64,000 nt of DNA from a candidate division WOR-3 bacterium UBA2202. Its GTDB lineage: Bacteria > Hydrothermota > 32-111. The position numbers were made by a program, and so were the translations under genes. The stretch is from contig DCUY01000104.1 of the NCBI GenBank assembly GCA_002327905.1, positions 7,904 to 71,903 on the forward strand. The letters are read 5' to 3'. Numbering within the stretch: position 1 is the first letter of the stretch; each line of letters opens with the position of its first letter. The notes under the pieces were generated by a model. It was not told the DNA's origin. It made no database searches and worked only from the letters and a program-made list of their open reading frames with translations. Shown in pieces: positions 29,443 to 37,861 of this stretch.

Positions 29443-30714
29443 TTATTTTTCCATTATCAAAATGTATTCTGTTGGATAAACAGAAACTCTATTTTTATTA
29501 TTTATGCTCGCAAATTTACCCGTCTTTTCGTCTCGAACGGACGGCAAATTTTTTGATGGGATTTCTCTTTTGATAATATCGGCGATTTTTAATCCCAAAT
29601 TTTGTAATTGCTCAACAAAAACCTCCGCATTAAGTATTTCAACGCCTTTTAAGCTCGTATTGCCAATAACAATGCAGGCTTTCCCACCTTTCTTTAATAT
29701 TCTTTTCATCTCACTAAACACTTGATTCATTTCACTAAAATATGTCGAAACTTCCTCGGCAGTTTTTTTATCTTTTTTTAGCAATTCTGTTCTGATATTT
29801 TCTGCAATCAAACTGTTGAGAAATAAATCTTTTTTACAATGATACGAAGTTCCAATAAAACGTTTTCGAAAATCACTTAAGTCATTAGTGTATTCTAACC
29901 ACAATGCAGTGAGCTGGTGTAAGTCGGCGTATTCGTAAGAGGTTACATAAGGAGGCGAAGTGACAATCAAACTAACGCTATTATCTTTTGCCGGAATTGT
30001 TCTTGCATCCGTGCAAATTACCTTGCTCGGAATTTTCAAATAACCTTTTTCTGATAACAATTCAAATAATCGTGCGTTGCCTCGCAACATCATTTTTATT
30101 TGTTTCAAAAATGTTTTAATCGGCTCCGATGGTTTTTTTTCAAAATCTCTCGTCGGTTTATTGCTTTTTTGTAGCCAGATTGAGCAATTTTTGAGAATGT
30201 TTGAAAATCCGCAGAAAAAGAAATCTTGGACATCTTGATCTTTTATTTTTGAAATCTCAGCAAAAATAAAGGCGAGTTTTCTTTTTTCTTCTGGCCTAAA
30301 CCAATAGTCAATTCTTTCGTGTTCGGGGGTTTTTACTTTTGTTTTTTCGCTGTAAGCTTCCAATTTCTTTTGAAAAATTGTAAATTCCTTTTCAATTTTA
30401 ACAGGATCAATCGCCGTGATTTTTGCTTTTGTAATTAAAACAGCGACTGGGTTAATATCAACGGCAATTGATGGCCGTCCCATAATTTTTGATTCAACAA
30501 GAGTTGTTCCGCAACCGCCGAACGGATCAACAATAAAATCACCTGCTCGTGTATATTTTTCCACCAAGCGAGAAACTATTTGCGGAATAAATTTTGCTGG
30601 ATAACGATGATAACCATGCGTAATATATGCCGTATCTTTCCTCGTTTTATCAGAAAACGCCCACGAGGGATCGATTTTTGTTTTATTCAATAATGAAGTA
30701 ATAGTCAGACTCAT
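29443..30714 (-). CDS. DNA (amino) methyltransferase, alpha-class architecture
   Basis: HRYPAKFIPQIV...DFIVDPFGGCGTT (AdoMet motif I) near the N-terminus; LIVTSPPYVTSYEY (motif IV, SPPY) about 180 aa later; 423 aa. Confidence 0.8.
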   Translation of the reverse strand: MSLTITSLLNKTKIDPSWAFSDKTRKDTAYITHGYHRYPAKFIPQIVSRLVEKYTRAGDFIVDPFGGCGTTLVESKIMGRPSIAVDINPVAVLITKAKITAIDPVKIEKEFTIFQKKLEAYSEKTKVKTPEHERIDYWFRPEEKRKLAFIFAEISKIKDQDVQDFFFCGFSNILKNCSIWLQKSNKPTRDFEKKPSEPIKTFLKQIKMMLRGNARLFELLSEKGYLKIPSKVICTDARTIPAKDNSVSLIVTSPPYVTSYEYADLHQLTALWLEYTNDLSDFRKRFIGTSYHCKKDLFLNSLIAENIRTELLKKDKKTAEEVSTYFSEMNQVFSEMKRILKKGGKACIVIGNTSLKGVEILNAEVFVEQLQNLGLKIADIIKREIPSKNLPSVRDEKTGKFASINNKNRVSVYPTEYILIMEK

Positions 30715-30716
30715 AT

Positions 30717-30935
30717 TTATTTTTTGATTAAGTCGTTCACTTTTACATCTAATGCTTGGGCAATTTTTGTTAGTGTTTCAAAAGTTGGATTTGGATTCAA
30801 GCTATATTCTACTGTAACAATAGTATTCAGCGACAAATCAGCCAGCTTGGACAAACGATTCTGAAAAATACCTTTTTTCTGCCTTACCTTTTTAAGGTTT
30901 TTTCCTATTGTTGATTTAGAATTATTGTTTGACAT
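30717..30935 (-). CDS. XRE-family HTH protein (R-M controller C-protein candidate)
   Basis: 72 aa; LSKLADLSLNTIVTVEYSLNPNPTFETLTKIAQALDV helix-turn-helix. First gene of the R-M operon behind a strong promoter. Confidence 0.65.
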   Translation of the reverse strand: MSNNNSKSTIGKNLKKVRQKKGIFQNRLSKLADLSLNTIVTVEYSLNPNPTFETLTKIAQALDVKVNDLIKK

Positions 30936-30960
30936 AGTTTTAATTAAAATATATTATTAT

Positions 30961-30989
30961 ATTGTATTGGATAATGGCTCCCTTGTCAA
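30961..30989 (-). promoter_or_regulatory. Sigma70-type promoter of the C-protein/MTase operon
   Basis: Minus strand: TCTTGACAAGGGA (-35 at 30989..30984) - 17 nt - TACAAT (30966..30961). Confidence 0.5.
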
Positions 30990-31135
30990 GACACAAGATT
31001 GGCTTTCTATACTACCAACGCTGTCGAATCCTTCAACTCAGTCCTCGAACACATTCGCCGGCAAAAGGGCAGATTCTTTCAATCCGAAGACATCTTCTTC
31101 ATCAATATTTACATCCGTTATCTGAATATGTTGCC

Positions 31136-31807
31136 TTAATGGAAAATCGGTGTAGTAAATGAAATATCACTTCCATAATTTGTTCCCGAACTGTTTGTCG
31201 CCACTATAATGTAATGATATGTAACACCAGAAGTAAGTTCAGTTAAACTAAAATTAACTGACACTGTATCTATTCCACTGCCAACTGACGTGTTCGTTGT
31301 TATGTTCCCATAATTCGTTGTCATTCCCCACATAAAACAATATGTAGTTGACAATCCATTCGGATTAACTGTCCCGTTTAATTGAGCAGTGCTTGTTGTA
31401 ACATGCGTCGCTGATTGAGTTGTCACTGTTGGTGGAACTGCTACAGTTGTAAATGTAAGAGCCTCTCCATAACTTATTCCAACACTGTTTTCTGCAACTA
31501 AACGATACTGATATGTAGTGCTTGGACTTAAGGAAGATATAATACTCATAACATCTATCTCTTCAGAACCAGAACCAGCGGATTCTTTTTCAGTAGAAAA
31601 TGAATAATCTGATATGCCATATATGCCATATTCAAAATGGTACAGAGTTGCCAGCTCGTTTGGATTTACCCTCCCATGTAAAATTGAGCTATTTGAAGTA
31701 ATTGAAGTGGCTGATTCTGATACTACAGTTGGTGCAATTTTCGTTGTTGTAGTACAAGAAATTAAAATTAAAGCTATAACAAAAATAACAATTCCTTTTC
31801 TTTTCAT
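31136..31807 (-). CDS. Lipoprotein with two tandem fibronectin-III-like roughly 95-aa repeats
   Basis: Lipobox ALILISC. Internal duplication: SATSITSNSSILHGRVNPNELATLYHFEYG...TTYQYRLVAENSVGISYGEALTFTT versus SATHVTTSTAQLNGTVNPNGLSTTYCFMWG...VTYHYIIVATNSSGTNYGSDISFTT. Confidence 0.6.
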   Translation of the reverse strand: MKRKGIVIFVIALILISCTTTTKIAPTVVSESATSITSNSSILHGRVNPNELATLYHFEYGIYGISDYSFSTEKESAGSGSEEIDVMSIISSLSPSTTYQYRLVAENSVGISYGEALTFTTVAVPPTVTTQSATHVTTSTAQLNGTVNPNGLSTTYCFMWGMTTNYGNITTNTSVGSGIDTVSVNFSLTELTSGVTYHYIIVATNSSGTNYGSDISFTTPIFH

Positions 31808-31859
31808 AGTTTCTCCTTTTTTTAAATTAAATTTAATACTTTTTCTTTTATTTGATTAA

Positions 31860-31888
31860 ATTATATGAGATGATGAATCCCTTGTCAA
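31860..31888 (-). promoter_or_regulatory. Sigma70-type promoter of the lipoprotein gene
   Basis: Minus strand: TCTTGACAAGGGA (-35 at 31888..31883) - 17 nt - TATAAT (31865..31860). SD AGGAG at 31813..31817. The 22-bp block around the -35 is a near-exact copy of the block at 30975..30996. Confidence 0.55.
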
Positions 31889-31919
31889 GACTCAAGATTT
31901 TGAAAAAATGTGTAAATTG

Positions 31920-32290
31920 TTAAGCTGTATGAGTATTTGTGATACCTCCATAAACTTCAGATAAAGTCCTGTATCCCAATGACTGATGTTTTCTTCTGTT
32001 GTTATAGTATCCAAAGTAATCTTTTAACCCTCTTCTAAGCTCTTTAATAGTATCAAACCTCCCGTATTCCACAGATAGTTTCTGCAATGTCTTCTCATCA
32101 CTTATCGCCTCCAACGCCACCCTGTCTTAAACTCTGAACCGTGTCTCTTGTAATTCATTTCCGACCTCCTTTTTTAACATATTCTATCACTAAATCGTGT
32201 CTCATTTCGAGAGACCATTATATTAATCAATTCATCTTTAGTCATTTTCCTCAAATCCGAATATGATTTTGACATAGAGATACTCCTTTA
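31920..32290 (-). mobile_element. IS3-family insertion sequence remnant (transposase C-terminal fragment plus possible OrfA N-terminal fragment)
   Basis: The 66-aa ORF ends ...LKDYFGYYNNRRKHQSLGYRTLSEVY, the conserved C-terminal tail of IS3/rve-family OrfB. A 34-aa ORF at 32182..32286 (MSKSYSDLRKMTKDELINIMV...) may be an OrfA remnant. No intact transposase is present. Confidence 0.5.
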
Positions 32291-32324
32291 TCTATTATGT
32301 TTAACTAAAATCTAAATTCTCTGA

Positions 32325-33065
32325 TTACTTTCCGATATAGGAATAAATTGGTTCCGATTTCACCGGATAATCGTTATATATTTTCCCCTCAAGGAGTTTT
32401 CCGGTCTTATGCTTATTAAATCCACCCCATTGTTTAAAGAAAAATGGTATGCTCTCTTTTTCACTCATATCTCTTAGCTTCAAAACCCATTCTTCCTTTA
32501 TGGGTCTTGCGCCCGCCCCTGATTCTCCTCCAACGATAACCCAATCAATGCCCTTCAAGGATATCCGCCCTATGGGTCCAAGAAGGGGTTCAAAAGATAT
32601 AAATTTGATTTTTGAATCTATCTCTTTCAATTCTTTTATGCGATATACATATTCATTCATTTCAACAGTTACACCCATCCAAATATTGTCAGACCAATTT
32701 AATTTATCATTTAATTCAAGCAATCTCTCAGAACGCTTTGTTAATATCTGAAACTGAATGTGCTTACAGTCATTCATAACATTGAAGACTTCTTTAATGT
32801 AGCTTAAAGGAATATCCTTGTGAAACAAATCGGACATCGAGTTTACAAAAACTCTTCTTGGAGATTTCCATGTATAAGGTGCTTTTAAAGCATTCCTTTG
32901 CAGTGTCACTTTAAATCCGTTTTTGTATTGTTTTACACCCATCCTTTGCAGACGAAAGGCGAACTTCTCGGCATAGCAGTTCATACATCCCGGACTGATT
33001 TTTGTGCAGCCCGTTACAGGATTCCAGCTCATCTCTGTCCATTCGATCTTAGTTTTTCCTGACAT
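32325..33065 (-). CDS. DUF5131 (phage Gp37/Gp68 family) three-Cys-motif protein
   Basis: N-terminus KTKIEWTEMSWNPVTGCTKISPGCMNCYA (CX6CX2C) as I recall it for PF07505; 246 aa. Confidence 0.6.
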   Translation of the reverse strand: MSGKTKIEWTEMSWNPVTGCTKISPGCMNCYAEKFAFRLQRMGVKQYKNGFKVTLQRNALKAPYTWKSPRRVFVNSMSDLFHKDIPLSYIKEVFNVMNDCKHIQFQILTKRSERLLELNDKLNWSDNIWMGVTVEMNEYVYRIKELKEIDSKIKFISFEPLLGPIGRISLKGIDWVIVGGESGAGARPIKEEWVLKLRDMSEKESIPFFFKQWGGFNKHKTGKLLEGKIYNDYPVKSEPIYSYIGK

Positions 33066-33932
33066 TTATCTCCTTTTTTCCATTCCATTTATCAAAGACT
33101 GTGCTATTGGTATTGCAGTTTTCGCACCTTTAGAATTACCCGCAGCAAAACATAATAAATAGATAGGACTATTTTTACTATTATAGAATATTTTGGGATT
33201 TTCTACAACCCCTGCAAATTCCTTTTTCAGTTTTCTGGATAAATATGTAATAACATTCTTATAATTGGTTCTTCCTATATTTTCAGTCTTTCCAAATAGA
33301 GTTTCTTCTTCCTCAATTTGATAGAATTCTTGTTCCCATTCATTGTCACCAAATAATTCATTCAGTTTTTTTCTGTTGCCCTCTTCAATTTCACCATCTT
33401 TTTTCAGAAGTCGCATAGCACCAATCCCTAGTGGGAAGAAATACCACATGTCAATTGCTTTTGTTTGTGCAATGGCTTTTATTGTTTCCCACTTAACCTG
33501 CATTCCAAAGGGATCAAGAAACAAAACCGCTCTATATTTTTTCCAATCATAATTATGGCAAATGTCCGTTACTGCTTTATTAGCATCATCTTTTTTTATT
33601 TCATAAGTTACAGAATATTTTTTCACTTCCAATTCCAATTCTTTACATAGTTCAGAATCATTTTCGATAAAAATATATTTATTGAATTTGGTTTCCAATT
33701 CAAGAGCTTTTATAACTGATCCTTTTGAGTATTCGGTAAACTCGTCATTGAATAGCAATTGCTCATCTGATTCACTATAAATTTTCCCACATCCAGCAAA
33801 AGCATCAATATAAATTGTTTCAAAATACTTAGCTCCTTCATTTGTGGTAAATATTTTCATATAGGTTTTTAAATATTTTTCAAGTATTTCAAGTTTTTGT
33901 TGAGTCCAATTTCCTCCCCATAACTGTTCCAT
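33066..33932 (-). CDS. Partner protein of the three-Cys-motif protein (TcmP-like, TIGR04474 candidate)
   Basis: Stop/start abuts the DUF5131 gene (33065/33066). N-terminus WTQQKLEILEKYLKTYMKIF...IYIDAFAGCGKI is MTase-motif-I-like; 288 aa. Assignment rests on gene pairing plus my recollection of the family. Confidence 0.4.
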   Translation of the reverse strand: MEQLWGGNWTQQKLEILEKYLKTYMKIFTTNEGAKYFETIYIDAFAGCGKIYSESDEQLLFNDEFTEYSKGSVIKALELETKFNKYIFIENDSELCKELELEVKKYSVTYEIKKDDANKAVTDICHNYDWKKYRAVLFLDPFGMQVKWETIKAIAQTKAIDMWYFFPLGIGAMRLLKKDGEIEEGNRKKLNELFGDNEWEQEFYQIEEEETLFGKTENIGRTNYKNVITYLSRKLKKEFAGVVENPKIFYNSKNSPIYLLCFAAGNSKGAKTAIPIAQSLINGMEKRR

Positions 33933-34168
33933 TTTGAAGCTCCTTAAATTAAAGATTTTTTCACTACACCCTCTTGGTCATGCATTTCAGAAAACAACCT
34001 TAAACTTCTGTTCCTTCGTCCATTCTCTGAGTACCATTTCCGCCTCCTATTTTTCCCCGCTCTCGTTAAGAAAATCTCGTTTTCCTTAACAGAAATTATA
34101 CTACTTTTCTTAACTCTTGTTAAGCGGACTCAGTATAATCAGTATAATTAGAGATCACCTCTAAATTT

Positions 34169-34684
34169 TCATTCATATAAGTAAACAAAAAAAATAGTGC
34201 CTAATATTATTAACACTGCAGTTCCATAAGATAGACTCTTAATGTATTCATCTCTCATTTCTTTTTTCTTTTCCAGTTCAGCCAATCTCTCATCTAATGC
34301 TTTCCTGACTGCCAAATTATTGATTGTTACTATTTTTCTATCTCCTTCAGCAATAAATATGTCATAAGTTCCTACCCGAATTATTTCATTTAGAGCATCT
34401 CTATTGAGAGTATTAAACACAATTTCATATTGAGGATTCAAATTTAAATACTCACGAAACAATTCTCTCTTAATGTCGTATGTTTTCCAATTAAACATGC
34501 TGATTGTATAAGTGCCTGTGCCTAAATTCTTCAATTTAATTGTATCTGAACTGATGATTTTTACTAAACCTTCATTAACAAAGATTGGGCAGGAATCATA
34601 GGGATCTTCCAGTTTAATCCATAATTCTGTTGAAAAAGCTAAATTTGATAATAAGATTATAGTACACGCAATAAACCACTTCAT
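34169..34684 (-). CDS. Hypothetical exported protein with C-terminal TM anchor
   Basis: N-terminal signal-like MKWFIACTIILLSNLAFS; C-terminal hydrophobic TAVLIILGTIFFVYLY. Confidence 0.35.
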   Translation of the reverse strand: MKWFIACTIILLSNLAFSTELWIKLEDPYDSCPIFVNEGLVKIISSDTIKLKNLGTGTYTISMFNWKTYDIKRELFREYLNLNPQYEIVFNTLNRDALNEIIRVGTYDIFIAEGDRKIVTINNLAVRKALDERLAELEKKKEMRDEYIKSLSYGTAVLIILGTIFFVYLYE

Positions 34685-35533
34685 TTATTTCTCCTTAATA
34701 ATTTCTGTTTCAATTTTGCCTATAAAGCTTGATGTTTCATTTTTCTCTGTCTTTATTTGATTATTTTCTTTTTTTGCTTTGGCATCTAATTTTCTCTTGT
34801 AAGATTTATTAAGTTTATTTATGGTTCTCTTTACTTTGCCGACCTTATCTCCTTCAAATATCTCCCTTTTTAGAACTTCATTAAGTAAAATATTCTTAAT
34901 TTCTTCATTTGTAACTTTTATCTCGGGCGACATTTTTCTGATGTTTTTCCTAATTACATTCAGGACATCATCAGTTAAAACTATTTGCCCGACAGAAAAT
35001 TTATTTAGAATCTTCTTTTGCATATGAAACTCCTCAAGACACGATTTTGACAGACTTTCTTTACATAAATAAAACAATAACTCCAAATCATCATCTTTTT
35101 TGTAATTCAATTTCAGTAAATCGATCTCATAGAGTAATTCATTGCTAACTGGCTGTCCAAAAGTAACTTTATAAATCTTCCAATTTATACCATTTGTTAA
35201 TATAATCCATTCTATTCCTGCATTTGCCCCATAGTCTAAAGCTTGTCTGATATGATCATTTTTCAGGTCCAATCCAATTGCTTTTGCTTCTACTAAAAAT
35301 TTCACTTTTCCATCAATTCTAAGCGCCAAATCACAAAATGTTTTTTTCACTGAGAATTCAGAAGTTATCTCTGAATATTTATCATAGCCTAATATTTCAT
35401 TCAAAATATCAGCTATTATAACAACAGTATCTGATTCATTAATATCTTTTGACTTTGCTGAAATTAAAATCGTTTGGAATTTCTTTACTCCCTCAATCAA
35501 TCTTTCTTTAATTTTAGCTGTTATCTTCGTCAT
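34685..35533 (-). CDS. PD-(D/E)xK nuclease-fold protein, HsdR_N-like (COG4748-like) standalone
   Basis: DLALRIDGKVKFLVEAKAIG (D...EAK) and QALDYGANAGIEWIILTNGINWKIY, reminiscent of the type I R-subunit N-terminal / Mrr-like nuclease domain; 282 aa. Confidence 0.4.
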   Translation of the reverse strand: MTKITAKIKERLIEGVKKFQTILISAKSKDINESDTVVIIADILNEILGYDKYSEITSEFSVKKTFCDLALRIDGKVKFLVEAKAIGLDLKNDHIRQALDYGANAGIEWIILTNGINWKIYKVTFGQPVSNELLYEIDLLKLNYKKDDDLELLFYLCKESLSKSCLEEFHMQKKILNKFSVGQIVLTDDVLNVIRKNIRKMSPEIKVTNEEIKNILLNEVLKREIFEGDKVGKVKRTINKLNKSYKRKLDAKAKKENNQIKTEKNETSSFIGKIETEIIKEK

Positions 35534-36212
35534 TTTCGACCTCCCTGTTTTCTTTTTGATTTTTTACGAACTTAACAATTATTCCTGCGAATTCTGCGGT
35601 CAACATTGAAAACAATCCCATACCGGTTAATACTAATATTGCCGCCATTATCCTGCCGCTAGTAGTAACCGGATAGATATCTCCATATCCAACTGTAGTG
35701 AGTGTTGTAAAACTCATCCATAAAGCATCTTCAAAACTATTCATTGAATTATTAAAACCCTTTTCAAATGTATACAAGCCCACACTACAATAGAAATAAA
35801 TAATTACTGTCAAACTTGCATAAATAGAAAAAAGCGATCTTGCAGGATTTGCCAATAGAATTCTCATTATTGGTAAAGCTCCTTTCAGACCTCTAATGAT
35901 TTTAAATGCTCTGAATATTCTGACAACTCTGAATATTCGTAAAGGCCTCAATAATTGCACATATGGAATTGATGATATCAAATCAAAAAAACGAGTTACT
36001 ATATAATTTTTTTTATCTTTTGCTTTAAACAGAAACAAAAACCAATCAGAAAGAAAAATAATACAAATTAGTAAGTCAATCCAATTTAAAATAGTAATAA
36101 TATTTTCAGGCACATTTAAAATGACTTCTAATACCAACTCTATAAGAACATAAACACTAAGGATTAAAATAAAATAATTATATTTTTTTAGAAAATTGTT
36201 TTTAATTTTCAT
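35514..36212 (-). CDS. Voltage-gated potassium channel (6TM Kv-like)
   Basis: Selectivity filter TTLTTVGYGDIYP; S4-like arginine ladder RPLRIFRVVRIFRAFKIIRGLK; 232 aa. Confidence 0.75.
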   Translation of the reverse strand: MKIKNNFLKKYNYFILILSVYVLIELVLEVILNVPENIITILNWIDLLICIIFLSDWFLFLFKAKDKKNYIVTRFFDLISSIPYVQLLRPLRIFRVVRIFRAFKIIRGLKGALPIMRILLANPARSLFSIYASLTVIIYFYCSVGLYTFEKGFNNSMNSFEDALWMSFTTLTTVGYGDIYPVTTSGRIMAAILVLTGMGLFSMLTAEFAGIIVKFVKNQKENREVENDEDNS

Positions 36213-36298
36213 ACACTTCTTTCCTCCATAATTGCTTATCCTTTTTTATAATTATATCCCTAAATAATTAAAAAATCAATATTCAAAGTTAAAAAACA

Positions 36299-36970
36299 TC
36301 AACGGATGAATAGCGTCAATCCACCCTGAATGCCATAAATGAAAGTTTCAGGTTTGCCTAAGTTGGTTCCTGCTTTTATAGTCAAATACGGCATAATATG
36401 AAGCCCTTTGAAAATTCTTATTTCAGTTGCAACTTGCCCTGCAAGGGATATCATTTTCAAATAATTGCTGTATTCATATCCGTTATCTACATAGTCAATA
36501 CCGAGTATGAGTCTTGATGTAATACCGCTTCTGCTACCGGGACTTGACGAGTAGTGATTTAATGAGGCGTAAAGACCTTTTGTGTCAATCCGAGATAATG
36601 AAATTTGCAAACCAATACTTGTTTGAGATATCTTGTTTTCATACATTTTTATTCTTTTTGTCACTCCTAAAGACAATTGCAGAGGATAATAATTAAAAAA
36701 TCCAACACCGATATTTGCATTGAATCCGTTTGCAAAACCGCACCTTAGAAAAGCATGCATTGGATTAATCCACGGATAAGTATAGAAAGCACCTTCAGAG
36801 GCTACGATTCCAATATTTGATCCGACAGCAAATTCACATTTATTTTTTTCAAGAGTCTTTGCTGAAAAATAATATTGAGAGCACCCTGCAGATATTATGG
36901 ATACTGCAAAAACAATTATTAAAATAATGCCTTTTTTTCTTAAATTCATCTTCCTGAAAAACATAAACAA
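36299..36970 (-). CDS. Lipoprotein / outer-membrane beta-barrel-like hypothetical protein
   Basis: Signal plus lipobox IISAGC; alternating amphipathic strands; C-terminal GGLTLFIR. Confidence 0.35.
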   Translation of the reverse strand: MFMFFRKMNLRKKGIILIIVFAVSIISAGCSQYYFSAKTLEKNKCEFAVGSNIGIVASEGAFYTYPWINPMHAFLRCGFANGFNANIGVGFFNYYPLQLSLGVTKRIKMYENKISQTSIGLQISLSRIDTKGLYASLNHYSSSPGSRSGITSRLILGIDYVDNGYEYSNYLKMISLAGQVATEIRIFKGLHIMPYLTIKAGTNLGKPETFIYGIQGGLTLFIR

Positions 36971-36981
36971 ATCATTACTCC

Positions 36982-37386
36982 TTATACTTTCACCCTCTCT
37001 TTTATCATACCTACAATCTTCTCTTTATTCTCTCTGCCGTAACGGACATAAATGCCGCGGAAATTTTCAAGGCGGCTCGGACTAATAAATGGAGACAAGA
37101 GCACACCGGTATTGTCGGGATAATATGATTTTATTCTTGCAAAATCATACTCCTTTTTGGAAAATAAAAATTCGACAATAAGAGTATTCTCATTAATTGT
37201 GAATGTAGTGGGAAACACGAATTGCATAAACACTATGATAGAGACAAAGAAAGCGATAAATAGTCCGACCCATGAGAGTTCGACGAATCCCACAAGAAGC
37301 ATGAGAAAAAATCCGAGAATTGCTATGACTTTTATCATCGGCTTTGAATCCCTTGCCGGAAGAGAGACCCATTTTAGATTATCCAT
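36982..37386 (-). CDS. Membrane protein with bacterial PH-like (bPH_2/YdbS-like) domain
   Basis: Two N-terminal TM helices followed by a roughly 70-aa soluble domain; 134 aa. Confidence 0.35.
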   Translation of the reverse strand: MDNLKWVSLPARDSKPMIKVIAILGFFLMLLVGFVELSWVGLFIAFFVSIIVFMQFVFPTTFTINENTLIVEFLFSKKEYDFARIKSYYPDNTGVLLSPFISPSRLENFRGIYVRYGRENKEKIVGMIKERVKV

Positions 37387-37861
37387 TCATCACCTCTTTT
37401 AATGCTTTTTTAATCCTCTCTCTGCTCTGCTCTATATGTTCGCTTATTATCTTCGTATCGCTTAAAACAGGCATGAAATTCGTATCACCCTCCCATCTCG
37501 GAACAAGATGCACATGAAGATGATTTGTAATTCCCGCTCCGGAGCATTTTCCGCTGTTTATGCCTATATTTATCCCCTGCGGCTTGTATGTCTTCTTCAA
37601 AGCTTTGTACGCAAACTGTACTCCTGTGAAAAGTTTTGTTATCTCCCCCTGTGTTAATTCGTCCAAATTCTTTCCATGCCTCTTCGGAGAGACCATGATG
37701 TGTCCGTTTGTATATGGGTATTTGTTCATTACAATTGTAAAATCCCTTCCTTTATAAACAAGATATTCTTTTTCCGGAAAGCAGAATATGCATTTCCCTT
37801 TGTTTGATTCAGTCTCCTTTGATATGTACTCCATTCTCCAAGGAGCGAATATTTTTTTCAT
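37379..37861 (-). CDS. HIT-family hydrolase (histidine triad)
   Basis: HLHVHLVPR histidine triad; 160 aa. Confidence 0.8.
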   Translation of the reverse strand: MKKIFAPWRMEYISKETESNKGKCIFCFPEKEYLVYKGRDFTIVMNKYPYTNGHIMVSPKRHGKNLDELTQGEITKLFTGVQFAYKALKKTYKPQGINIGINSGKCSGAGITNHLHVHLVPRWEGDTNFMPVLSDTKIISEHIEQSRERIKKALKEVMNG

